From Deltaproteobacteria bacterium RIFCSPHIGHO2_01_FULL_43_49 (GTDB lineage Bacteria > UBA10199 > SPLOWO2-01-44-7): 64,000 bases of DNA. Position 1 is the stretch's first letter; every line of letters begins with the position of its first letter. Below, piece after piece: positions 36,746 to 46,465 of the stretch. The notes beneath the pieces are model-generated. The model saw only the letters and a list, made by a program, of their open reading frames with translations. It ran no database searches and was not told where the DNA came from. The position numbers and the translations under genes are program-made. The DNA is taken from the NCBI GenBank assembly GCA_001798075.1, contig MGRG01000012.1, forward strand, positions 91,852-155,851. The letters run 5' to 3'.

Positions 36746-38491
36746 TTAAATACTAATCCTCGCAATTTTGCGCCTTGATAAAAAGAATTCATAAACTGTT
36801 TTTGTCATCGTGACAGCGGTAAGGAGGTTACACATAAGGCCTATCATCAAGGTGACCGCGAAACCGCGAATTGGTCCTGTTCCGAACTGATACAAAATAA
36901 TCCCTGCGATGATTGTTGTTAAATTGGAATCCATGATGGCTCGCACGGCATTGCTGTAACCCGCTTCTACGGCGGCTCTTGGTTGTTGGCCAGCTTTCAG
37001 TTCATCTCGAATGCGCTCAAAAATAAGGACATTGGCATCGACCGCCATACCGATTGTCAAAGCAATTCCCGCCATGCCAGGGAGTGTGAGGGTTGCTTGA
37101 AACATTGCGAGCAAGGCGAAAATAAAAAGTGTGTTGATGAGGACCGCCGCGTCGGCCAACAATCCGGAAAGATTGTAATAAACCACCATAAAAATAACGA
37201 CGAGAAGAGTTCCTATCAACATCGCCTTCAAGCTTTTTTGAATCGAATCGGCACCCAGTGTCGGGCCAATCACCGTTTTGGTTGCCTCTTGGAGTCTGGC
37301 GGGTAGAGCCCCTTCTTGCAAAACCAATGTCAAATCTTTTGCCTCTTTGAGTTGTGATTGTCGATCCAAATTGCCGCCCAGGTCGATTTTGCACTGACCA
37401 TTTAAAATCGGTTCTCTAATTTGTGGGGCCGACATGACATTGCCATCCAGCATGATGGCCAATAATTCCTTCACATGCGCTTTGGTCAATTCGCCAAAAT
37501 TTTTGGCCCCCTCAGGGCTGAAAGTCAGGCTGACATAGGGTTGAGAGGTCTGTGGGTCAATTTGGACTTGAGCATTTTTGAGCATGTCACCGGTGATGTA
37601 GGACGTTTGCTCTAGAAGGTAAGGGAGTGCTTGAGTCACCTGTCCTGTTGCACTGTCGCGAGTCAGTTCAAAAGCAATTTCTGTTCCTTCCGGCAACTTG
37701 TCGTTCAAAATTTCGTTTAGTTTTTTCACATCATCTGCACTATAAGCGATTGGCAAATTATTTTCTTTTCTGGCGTTTCCAATCAAATCACCCAATGTCT
37801 TGCTCTCCAACTTTCCACTCACCAGCTTGAATTCCAACTTGCCTGCTTGCTGGATGACTTTGATCGCTCTTTCAGGGTCTTTTACACCCGGAAGTTCCAC
37901 AATAAGTCTTGTATCCCCTTGCTGTTGGACTGTTGGTTCTGAAAGACCATAGCGATCGATACGATTGCGCACCGCTTGGACCGCCTGCGAGACCACATCT
38001 TTTCTAACAAGACTTTCATATTCTGGATCGAGGCTGAAATTTGCCATCGGTTGCGGTTGCAAGGTGGAACCCTTTTTTACAAGGGCAGTTTTATAATCTT
38101 TAGCAACCAGCTCGAGTGTGGTTTGCAAATCACTATCGGATTTAAAAGTAAACTGGAGTTGATGACTTGCCGGATCGCGTTTCCAATCGGCAGGTTCGAT
38201 GTTTCGTTTTTTAAGATCTCTCAAAAGGTCTTGCGCTAACAGATCTACCTTTGTGGCAATCCCTTCTTCCACCATCACATCCATTTCGATATAAATCCCG
38301 CCGCGCAAATCCAAACCTAGGTTTAAACCTTTTTCCGGGAAGAAATCAAAATACCAGGGAATCGGCTTTTGTTGTGATTCGAGTTCCTGTCGGATTTGTG
38401 GGAATTTGAAGAAAGTGGGAACCAGTGCATAGATGGCCAACACAACGGAACCTAACATTCCCCCAATTTTCCACTTCCATGAAGAAGTCAT
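36746..38491 (-). CDS. secD: protein translocase subunit SecD
   Basis: SecD pattern (GLDLRGGIYI) and multi-TM C-terminal region. Confidence 0.9.
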   Translation of the reverse strand: MTSSWKWKIGGMLGSVVLAIYALVPTFFKFPQIRQELESQQKPIPWYFDFFPEKGLNLGLDLRGGIYIEMDVMVEEGIATKVDLLAQDLLRDLKKRNIEPADWKRDPASHQLQFTFKSDSDLQTTLELVAKDYKTALVKKGSTLQPQPMANFSLDPEYESLVRKDVVSQAVQAVRNRIDRYGLSEPTVQQQGDTRLIVELPGVKDPERAIKVIQQAGKLEFKLVSGKLESKTLGDLIGNARKENNLPIAYSADDVKKLNEILNDKLPEGTEIAFELTRDSATGQVTQALPYLLEQTSYITGDMLKNAQVQIDPQTSQPYVSLTFSPEGAKNFGELTKAHVKELLAIMLDGNVMSAPQIREPILNGQCKIDLGGNLDRQSQLKEAKDLTLVLQEGALPARLQEATKTVIGPTLGADSIQKSLKAMLIGTLLVVIFMVVYYNLSGLLADAAVLINTLFIFALLAMFQATLTLPGMAGIALTIGMAVDANVLIFERIRDELKAGQQPRAAVEAGYSNAVRAIMDSNLTTIIAGIILYQFGTGPIRGFAVTLMIGLMCNLLTAVTMTKTVYEFFLSRRKIARISI

Positions 38492-38493
38492 AG

Positions 38494-39962
<1,469 letters not shown>

Positions 39963-40011
39963 TTATATTTTTGATTTATGTTTTTGATTTTTAATTTTTG
40001 ATCTTTGATTT

Positions 40012-41010
40012 TCATAAAATTAGCATGCAATCTCCATAACTGAACAAGCGATACTGCTTCGTAATGGCTTCTTGGTAAGCCTGCAAGATAAATTCTCTGT
40101 TCGCAAAAGCAGAGACCAAAACAATCAGCGTCGATTCTGGTTGATGAAAGTTAGTCAAGATTCCATCCACTATTTTGAATGGATATTCAGGATAAATAAA
40201 AAGATCGGTTAGGGATTTATTCCAATCACTTTCTAGTGCTCGAACAACTGTTGTTCCCACAGCAATGACACGTCTTCCTTCTTTTTTAGCTTGGTGGATG
40301 ATATCGGCAGTCTCTTTCGGTACCGAAAATTTTTCTCCATGCATTCTATGTTGTGTGATGTCTGATGAACGAATTGGCAAAAAAGTGTCGGTAGAAACAT
40401 GAAGGGTCACAGAAGTTGTTTGCACACCACAATCAATGATTTTTTGCAAAAGTTCTTGGCTAAAATGAAAACTGGCGGTAGGGGCGGCGGCAGACCCAGA
40501 GATTTTGGCAAAAATCGATTGATAACGTTCACGATCAATATCTGTGTAATCTTGTTTTGTTTTTCGCTGGATGTAGGGCGGAAGAGGGGGTAATCCCCAT
40601 TTTTCAATTTGTTGCTCACTATTTTCCCCTTCGAATTCTACCGTGCAATCTTCAGCAGTTTTCTCTAAAATTTTTCCAAAAAAATCATCTCCGAATTGGA
40701 GTCTTAAACCCTCTTTTACTTTTTTGAGTGGTTTTCCAAGACACCGCCAAACATTTTCTCCCAATTTTTCCAAAAGCAGCAATTCGATATTTGTCCCTTG
40801 AGCCAGGATTCTTGCAGGGAAAACTTTTGTGTTGTTAAAAACCAAAACATCTCCCTTGCTCAAAAAATCAGGAAGTTCTTTAATAGAATGATGTGCCCAT
40901 TTTTTTGGCACGCGGTTCAAAACCATCATCTTGCTCGCATCCCGCTCCGTAAGCGGTTGTTGGGCAATGAGCTCTTTGGGGTAGTTGTAAGAAAAAAGTT
41001 TCAAATCCAT
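40012..41010 (-). CDS. queA: S-adenosylmethionine:tRNA ribosyltransferase-isomerase
   Basis: QueA-like sequence (DLKLFSYNYPKELIAQQPL, PPYIQR). Confidence 0.9.
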   Translation of the reverse strand: MDLKLFSYNYPKELIAQQPLTERDASKMMVLNRVPKKWAHHSIKELPDFLSKGDVLVFNNTKVFPARILAQGTNIELLLLEKLGENVWRCLGKPLKKVKEGLRLQFGDDFFGKILEKTAEDCTVEFEGENSEQQIEKWGLPPLPPYIQRKTKQDYTDIDRERYQSIFAKISGSAAAPTASFHFSQELLQKIIDCGVQTTSVTLHVSTDTFLPIRSSDITQHRMHGEKFSVPKETADIIHQAKKEGRRVIAVGTTVVRALESDWNKSLTDLFIYPEYPFKIVDGILTNFHQPESTLIVLVSAFANREFILQAYQEAITKQYRLFSYGDCMLIL

Positions 41011-41023
41011 AATTAACGCGTGT

Positions 41024-41062
41024 GGTGAGAAAGTGATGGACAGGACCCGTCACTTTCTCACC
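41024..41062. repeat. 16-bp-stem hairpin between the SpoIID-like gene and queA
   Basis: GGTGAGAAAGTGATGG / CCGTCACTTTCTCACC with loop ACAGGAC; no adjacent U-tract on either strand. Loop resembles the CAGGACCC motif of the covarying element. Confidence 0.6.
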
Positions 41063-41065
41063 TTC

Positions 41066-42160
41066 CTAATATAATTTTCGCAAAGTGGCTTTGGGATAGT
41101 AGTGTTCCAAAATAGTTTTGTAATCGGCTCCTTGGTCGGCCATGCCTTTTGCCCCCCACTGGCAAAGCCCTACGCCATGGCCATAACCGGTTCCTTTGAA
41201 AACGACATGACGGTTGTTCAATTCCACATCAAACCAAGTACTTTTTAAATTTTTAAAACCCAAAGTATTTCGCAAGTCGGTTGCTTTCAAATAAAGGTTG
41301 TTTTCGTCTGTTTCGATAATGATCATGGCATTTCGGGGGGAGTCATCAAAGCGCTCCAACTGGATTGAAACAATTTTTGAACCGGTCAACCCCCTGTTTT
41401 TCAGTGCGTTAAGAAGTTGGTGGTGAGAAAGGGTTAATTCCCAATCTTGATGCGGCGAATCTTTGCAATAATGATCAATAATGCTGCTGGATATTTCCTT
41501 TTTGCCCCACACTCTGGGTGCTACCTCTGTTTGTCCACCACAAGTGCTGTGAAAATAGGCAGGAAACATTCCAAGATACCAGAGGACTTCACCTCTTGTG
41601 GCATCCACCGCCTCTTTGACAATATTATCTTGAGTTGTTCCCAATGATCCTTTGTAGACTTGATCGGCGGTATCAGATTCCAAATCATAACTCCCGCTTT
41701 GACGGCGTTGCTTTTGTCTAAAAAGGGCATAAGTTCTGGCTGCCACCACTTGAGCCTTAATCGCTTCCTCAGGCCAGCTAGAAAAAATTTCACCATGCAC
41801 GAGCCCTACCAAATAGTCCTCCAGAGGCAACTCATTGAGGACGAGCAATTGATTATTCGAATCTTTTTTGATTTCTAACCAACCTTTAAATTGTTTCCCT
41901 TGAATTTCGACCGCTTCCGTTCGGCTGCCGATTTTGATCACAGGATAGGAAAAAGTTTGGCTTCCAACTTTGAACCCATTTTCCGTGGAGGTAACCAGGG
42001 CAGGGCTGTCGATAAAATGACTAATGGGACGCGGTTCATTCCCTAATAGCCACAAATTTTCACCCTCAACAGTCAATTTTGGAAGGTCCTTGAAAATAGC
42101 AACCCGAACGGAAGGGATAACAAGCAGAGAACACAAAATCAGACTCTTCAATCTTTGCAT
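41066..42160 (-). CDS. SpoIID/LytB-domain protein
   Basis: Signal peptide; SpoIID-like region (VVAARTYALFRQ, YFHSTCGGQTE). Confidence 0.8.
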   Translation of the reverse strand: MQRLKSLILCSLLVIPSVRVAIFKDLPKLTVEGENLWLLGNEPRPISHFIDSPALVTSTENGFKVGSQTFSYPVIKIGSRTEAVEIQGKQFKGWLEIKKDSNNQLLVLNELPLEDYLVGLVHGEIFSSWPEEAIKAQVVAARTYALFRQKQRRQSGSYDLESDTADQVYKGSLGTTQDNIVKEAVDATRGEVLWYLGMFPAYFHSTCGGQTEVAPRVWGKKEISSSIIDHYCKDSPHQDWELTLSHHQLLNALKNRGLTGSKIVSIQLERFDDSPRNAMIIIETDENNLYLKATDLRNTLGFKNLKSTWFDVELNNRHVVFKGTGYGHGVGLCQWGAKGMADQGADYKTILEHYYPKATLRKLY

Positions 42161-42211
42161 GTCGGTTCTCTAACATAACTACTTGAATTGACAAAGAATT
42201 TATTCTTGCTG

Positions 42212-42300
42212 CTTGGTGAGTGGGTGGCCCGGAGTGTTTGTTGTGGGGTTTAGTTAGGGGCCCCCACAAAAACACGGAGGGACAGGCCCTACTCACCAAG
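42212..42300 (+). repeat. palindromic structured element, copy 1
   Basis: Conserved core TGGGTGGCCCGGAGTGTTTG.TGTGGGGTTTAGTTAGGGGCCCCCACA.AAACACGGAGGG.CAGG shared with 60460-60546; outer stem CTTGGTGAGT / ACTCACCAAG is complementary. Confidence 0.65.
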
Positions 42301-42305
42301 CCAAG

Positions 42306-42335
42306 GAAGCAACATTTTTGGGGATTTGCCGATAA
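42306..42335 (+). promoter_or_regulatory. conserved 30-bp box (GAAGCAACATTTTTGGGGATTTGCCGATAA), candidate ECF-type promoter or operator
   Basis: 27 of 30 positions identical to 46416-46445; AAC at the -35-like position and CGA about 17 nt downstream. Confidence 0.35.
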
Positions 42336-42430
42336 GTATAGTGTGGCCGACGACCACTGAGACTCTAATTAGAATTGACACTCTGTGTCGGCACCCTTAA
42401 AATTCGATGCAAAAGAGGAATCATTCCAAA

Positions 42431-43951
42431 ATGTTACGACTCTCCATACCGGTCAAGGTCCTTTTGGCCGCAGGCTTTGGTTATGTTGCCATTCTTTTCG
42501 CGACCACCTGGGCCACTTTGGTTTACTCTCTCGACACTCAGGACCTCTGGCTGGGAATAAAAATTGAACATTGGTTTCTGATCGGAGAAATTTTCTTCGT
42601 CGTTTTAGTGGCCACCATTACCTCCTATTTTTTACTGGATCGTCCCTTGAACAAGTTGACCGAGATCATGAACAAGGCCGGAGAGGGAGATTTCTTAATC
42701 CGTGCTCCCAACAATCGCTCGGACGAAATCGGCATGTTGGCAGACAATTTTAATAAGATGCTAGCAAGAGTCACCGATCTCTCCGCCAACAAAATCCAGA
42801 CCGATCACGATTTGATCATTGTTCAAGAAGAGTTGAAGTACAAAAAGAGTTTAGAGGAGAAGACAAAACTTATTGAAAGGGCAAATCACACTCTCGAAAA
42901 TCTTGTCAAAGATTTATCCCTTCTTTACGAAATTGGGCAGAGTATTAACCAAACAATCGATCTAGAACAACTCTATCAAGTCATTGGAGATGTTTTGAAA
43001 CGCAATTTAAGGTTGAAAAATTTTTCTTTGATGGTTTGGAACGACAAACATCAAGTTTTAACCGTCAAAACGGTCTTCGGTTTTGAAAAAGACTCCAAAG
43101 TAAAACAGATGACATTCCAAGCAGGAGAGGGAATTGCCGGAGAAGTTTTGAAAACGGGAAAAACGATTTATGTTGGCGATGTAAAAAAGGAAACGCGCCT
43201 TGTTGAAAGGGGTCTTGAGTTATTGGGCTCCATATTGTCCGTGCCGTTAACCTATAAGGGTGAGACACTGGGTGTTATTAATTTTGGCAGAGACAAGACC
43301 TATTCTTTCACCAATCATGATGTGAAAATGCTGACCTTGGTTGCCAATCAGGTTGCCCTCGCGATGGCGAATGCCAGACTCTACACGCAAACCAGAGAAC
43401 TTTCCGTGACCGACGAACTGACCGGTGTTTTCAATCGCAGACACTTTGCGCAAGTTTTACAATTGGAGTGGAAAAGGGCAGTCCGTTTTAAACGAGAACT
43501 TTCTTTGCTTATGATCGATGTCGACTATTTCAAACGCTACAATGATACCTATGGGCATTTGAAAGGAGACGAGGCCTTAAAAGAAATTGGAAAGATACTG
43601 ATTGCCAATTTGCGTGAGGTTGATACCGTCGCCCGCTTTGGTGGGGAAGAATTTATTGTGCTCCTGCCCGATACCGATAAGCGTGGCGCTCAAGCGGTGG
43701 CTGAAAAATTAAGACATCTTGTTCAAGAAAAAATCGAAGCGATCACGATTAGTGTGGGAGTGGCAACGTATCCCGATGATGTGACCGAGATGGATGACTT
43801 GATTGACCATGCCGATATCGCTCTTTATAACGCCAAAGACAAAGGCCGCAACCGGGTGTTGACCTACACGGGCGGTAAACCCCCAGAATCTTTAAATCCC
43901 CCCTCCGAAGAAAAACAAGATTCCAACATCAAACCAAGGTTAGTGCATTAA
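42431..43951 (+). CDS. diguanylate cyclase with TM, HAMP and GAF regions
   Basis: GGEEF active-site motif (RFGGEEFIVLLPDTD); HAMP-like LNKLTEIMNKAGEGDFLIRAP; two N-terminal TM helices. ATG 42407 is an alternative start. Confidence 0.85.
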   Translation: MLRLSIPVKVLLAAGFGYVAILFATTWATLVYSLDTQDLWLGIKIEHWFLIGEIFFVVLVATITSYFLLDRPLNKLTEIMNKAGEGDFLIRAPNNRSDEIGMLADNFNKMLARVTDLSANKIQTDHDLIIVQEELKYKKSLEEKTKLIERANHTLENLVKDLSLLYEIGQSINQTIDLEQLYQVIGDVLKRNLRLKNFSLMVWNDKHQVLTVKTVFGFEKDSKVKQMTFQAGEGIAGEVLKTGKTIYVGDVKKETRLVERGLELLGSILSVPLTYKGETLGVINFGRDKTYSFTNHDVKMLTLVANQVALAMANARLYTQTRELSVTDELTGVFNRRHFAQVLQLEWKRAVRFKRELSLLMIDVDYFKRYNDTYGHLKGDEALKEIGKILIANLREVDTVARFGGEEFIVLLPDTDKRGAQAVAEKLRHLVQEKIEAITISVGVATYPDDVTEMDDLIDHADIALYNAKDKGRNRVLTYTGGKPPESLNPPSEEKQDSNIKPRLVH

Positions 43952-44613
43952 GTTTTTTGCAAGAGATCCCGCACTTTCTTCATATCTTCCCAAACAGGCC
44001 TTTTTGCATCGGGGTTTCGGAGTAAAAAGGCAGGGTGGTAGGTAGGCATGACTTTGATTCCTCTAAACTCCTGCCACTGACCTCTCATCGCAGAGATTTT
44101 TTGGTCAGTTTCCAAGAGATATTGAAAGGCAACCGAACCTAAACAAACAATAACCTTTGGTTTGATCGTTTCGATTTGCTGATGCAAAAATGGAATACAG
44201 GTTGCCGCTTCATCCGGCAGTGGCGCTCTGTTTTCAGGAGGGCGGCATTTGGCTATATTCGCAATATAGACAGTGCTTCTTTTGAGGCCCATTGCCTCAA
44301 TGATTTTGGTGAGCAATTGACCGGCACGGCCGACAAAAGGCTCTCCTTGAATATCTTCATCACGCCCGGGGCCTTCGCCAATAAACATCAATTGAGCCTT
44401 GGGACTTCCCACACCAAAGACGATGTTTTTGCGCCCCTCGCAAAGCCGGCAGCGCTTGCAATCACCAATCTCGGCACGAATTTCTTCAAGGGTTTTTGGT
44501 TTTTCTGAGCCACCTTTTTTTGATTCCCCTTTAGGCACCCATTCCAGGCCTAGCTGCTTTTGATAAAGGAGGCTTTGTTTTAAATCTTGCACTAACTTTG
44601 TGATATCTGACAT
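43948..44613 (-). CDS. uracil-DNA glycosylase, family 4
   Basis: CKRCRLCEGRKNIVFGVGSPKAQLMFIGEGPGRDED...GRAG matches the family 4 UDG pattern. Confidence 0.85.
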   Translation of the reverse strand: MSDITKLVQDLKQSLLYQKQLGLEWVPKGESKKGGSEKPKTLEEIRAEIGDCKRCRLCEGRKNIVFGVGSPKAQLMFIGEGPGRDEDIQGEPFVGRAGQLLTKIIEAMGLKRSTVYIANIAKCRPPENRAPLPDEAATCIPFLHQQIETIKPKVIVCLGSVAFQYLLETDQKISAMRGQWQEFRGIKVMPTYHPAFLLRNPDAKRPVWEDMKKVRDLLQKT

Positions 44614-44643
44614 ATGTATTGATGTTGCCGGCTTGGCTACCTG

Positions 44644-44775
44644 GCGATGAGGGCGCCGAAAGTACGTGATATTTTTTGGGTCGGCCCAAAAAATTCGCTC
44701 GACTCTCGCCCCGCCAGTCTTTTATCCCGATAAGGTGTGGCGGGGCTGCGAGACGACTTTCGTCCCCCTCATCGC
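44644..44775. repeat. GC-rich compound palindrome between the UDG and phospholipase-C-like genes
   Basis: 20-bp outer inverted repeat (GCGATGAGGGCGCCGAAAGT / ACTTTCGTCCCCCTCATCGC) enclosing hairpin TTTTTTGGG-TCGG-CCCAAAAAA and a second imperfect inverted repeat. Confidence 0.5.
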
Positions 44776-44809
44776 CACGCCACGCCGGCAACAGTCAATA
44801 ACGAATGAA

Positions 44810-45733
44810 ATGTTTCTTGTCTATCTTACAATTATAATTCTCGGTCTGTTTCTGGATCCCATTGTTGCGCACGCCTGGGGCCCAGGAACGCATCTTGATA
44901 TTGCTCTGACTGTTTTGCAACATTCTTTTTGGGCGTTGCCGACTGTTCGTGCCCTCATTGAAACTTATCGTGACGACTTTATCTACGGGGCTGTCAGCCC
45001 CGACATCATCGTTGGAAAAAAGTATGCGGGGGCCATTTATCACTGTCACAACTGGTCGATTGGCAAACTCATTTTGGAAGAGGCTCAAACCGACATGGAA
45101 CGGGCCGCGGCGTGGGGTTATCTCACACACCTTGCCGCCGACACGGTGGCCCATAATTATTTTGTACCCTTTAAAATCATTCGCAGTTTTTCGACACGGT
45201 CTCTTTCTCATGTTTATTGGGAGATGCGTTATGACCTTCATATTCCAGATCATTGTTGGAAAGAGTTTAAACATGTCATCCGCCAGGACTACAGACCTTT
45301 TGATCATCTCTTAGAGCGCGTTTTGAAGAAAACAATTTTTTCTTTTCGCACCAACAAAAAGATTTTTAATAGCATTTTAATTCTGCAAAAAATGAAGCAA
45401 CTTCGTTTTGGGCTTAAAGTTTATGCAAAAGCCTCCCGGTGGGAATTGCCAGAAAGAGATAGGAGACACTATAAAGAATTGACTTTAGAGACGATTAAAG
45501 ATTTTTTGCGCCACCCCCAACAAGCAAAATGTTTAAAAGCTGATCCGGCAGGACAGAGAAAATTACTTTATGCCGCGGAGACGAGAAAACAACTAAAAGA
45601 CTTCACAAAAGAAAAGAGGCGTAACAAAGAAATCACTCAATTTCTCGAATCAGTAAAACAAAAACTCCATCGCGGCCTGTTTGATTCAACAGTGAGCCTA
45701 CCAAATCTTTACGATTTCGCTAACTATCGTTGA
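44810..45733 (+). CDS. zinc-dependent phospholipase C-like protein
   Basis: Signal-like N-terminus then HAWGPGTHLDIA, GAVSPD, THLAADTVAHNYF. Start taken at internal ATG 44810 because the track ORF start lies inside the palindrome. Confidence 0.65.
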   Translation: MFLVYLTIIILGLFLDPIVAHAWGPGTHLDIALTVLQHSFWALPTVRALIETYRDDFIYGAVSPDIIVGKKYAGAIYHCHNWSIGKLILEEAQTDMERAAAWGYLTHLAADTVAHNYFVPFKIIRSFSTRSLSHVYWEMRYDLHIPDHCWKEFKHVIRQDYRPFDHLLERVLKKTIFSFRTNKKIFNSILILQKMKQLRFGLKVYAKASRWELPERDRRHYKELTLETIKDFLRHPQQAKCLKADPAGQRKLLYAAETRKQLKDFTKEKRRNKEITQFLESVKQKLHRGLFDSTVSLPNLYDFANYR

Positions 45734-46243
45734 GGGTTCACACAGACGGCCTTTTCCTTCATAGCCACAAGCCAGCTCACCGCTGTCTGGCTCCAAAACT
45801 TTGTAGCCCAATTCTTTAAGACGCCCAATGTTCCACTGCGTTGCCTTGTGTTCCCACATATGAACATTCATCGAAGGGCAAAACAAAACGGGTGCGCGTG
45901 TGGCGAGCAAAATGTTGGTGAGCAAATCATTGGCCAAACCGTGAGCTGCTTTGGCAATAAGATCAGCCGTGGTTGGTGCAATGACAACAATGTTTGCTTT
46001 ATCAGCCAGCGCAATGTGTCCAATTTTTTGCTCTTGGGTAAGGTCAAACAAATCAGTGTGGACCGGATTGTGAGAGAGAGTTTGAAGGGTTAAAGGGGTT
46101 ACAAATTCTTTGGCGGCACCTGTCAAAACCACATGGACATCAGCCTCTTCTTGAACCAGCAGGCGCACCAACTCACAGCTCTTATAAGCCGCAATTCCAC
46201 CCCCAACCCCCAAAACAACGGTTTTGTTTTTTAGCGAATTCAT
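45698..46243 (-). CDS. coaC: phosphopantothenoylcysteine decarboxylase (flavoprotein, stand-alone CoaC)
   Basis: Flavoprotein fold (VVLGVGGGIAAYKS, PTTADLIAKAAHGLANDLL, PSMN); no CoaB domain attached. Confidence 0.8.
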   Translation of the reverse strand: MNSLKNKTVVLGVGGGIAAYKSCELVRLLVQEEADVHVVLTGAAKEFVTPLTLQTLSHNPVHTDLFDLTQEQKIGHIALADKANIVVIAPTTADLIAKAAHGLANDLLTNILLATRAPVLFCPSMNVHMWEHKATQWNIGRLKELGYKVLEPDSGELACGYEGKGRLCEPSTIVSEIVKIW

Positions 46244-46415
46244 TTCAAAGAGGGCAAATCACAATAACTTATGAAAAGCCATGAAATTTTAAAATACATC
46301 GGATTTGGAACATAATGCTTTAAAACTTAGACATTCCGAACTGGTTTTGAATAAATTCTATTTATTTTTCAATGAGTTACCAATAAAATTTCTGGCCCAT
46401 TTTTTGTATGCTTTT

Positions 46416-46445
46416 GAAGCAACTTTTTTGAGGATTTGCCGAAAA
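46416..46445 (+). promoter_or_regulatory. conserved 30-bp box copy 2 (GAAGCAACTTTTTTGAGGATTTGCCGAAAA), candidate promoter of the four-gene operon
   Basis: 27 of 30 identical to 42306-42335; ends about 20 nt before the operon start codon, followed by RBS AGGAGAGG. Confidence 0.35.
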
Positions 46446-46465
46446 CAATTAGGAGAGGTTTTTTA

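Noticed and set aside
41024-41062. Strong hairpin read as an intrinsic terminator for the SpoIID-like gene
   Set aside because: There is no U-tract after the stem on either strand; it is recorded as a palindromic element related to the covarying family.
42306-42335. Conserved box read as a sigma-54 (-24/-12) promoter because it contains TTGC
   Set aside because: The GG and GC dinucleotides are about 6 nt apart, not the roughly 11-12 nt required; an ECF-type or regulator-site reading fits better.
42407-42430. ATG 42407 as the start of the GGDEF gene
   Set aside because: No RBS precedes it and a possible sigma-70-like pair (TTGACA 42375-42380, TAAAAT 42398-42403) would place the transcript start at or beyond it; ATG 42431 with AAGAGGA upstream was preferred, at low confidence.
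46436-46465. ORF-track start at 46436 for operon gene 1
   Set aside because: 46436 is a TTG lying inside the conserved upstream box; ATG 46466 has a well-spaced AGGAGAGG RBS and was preferred.
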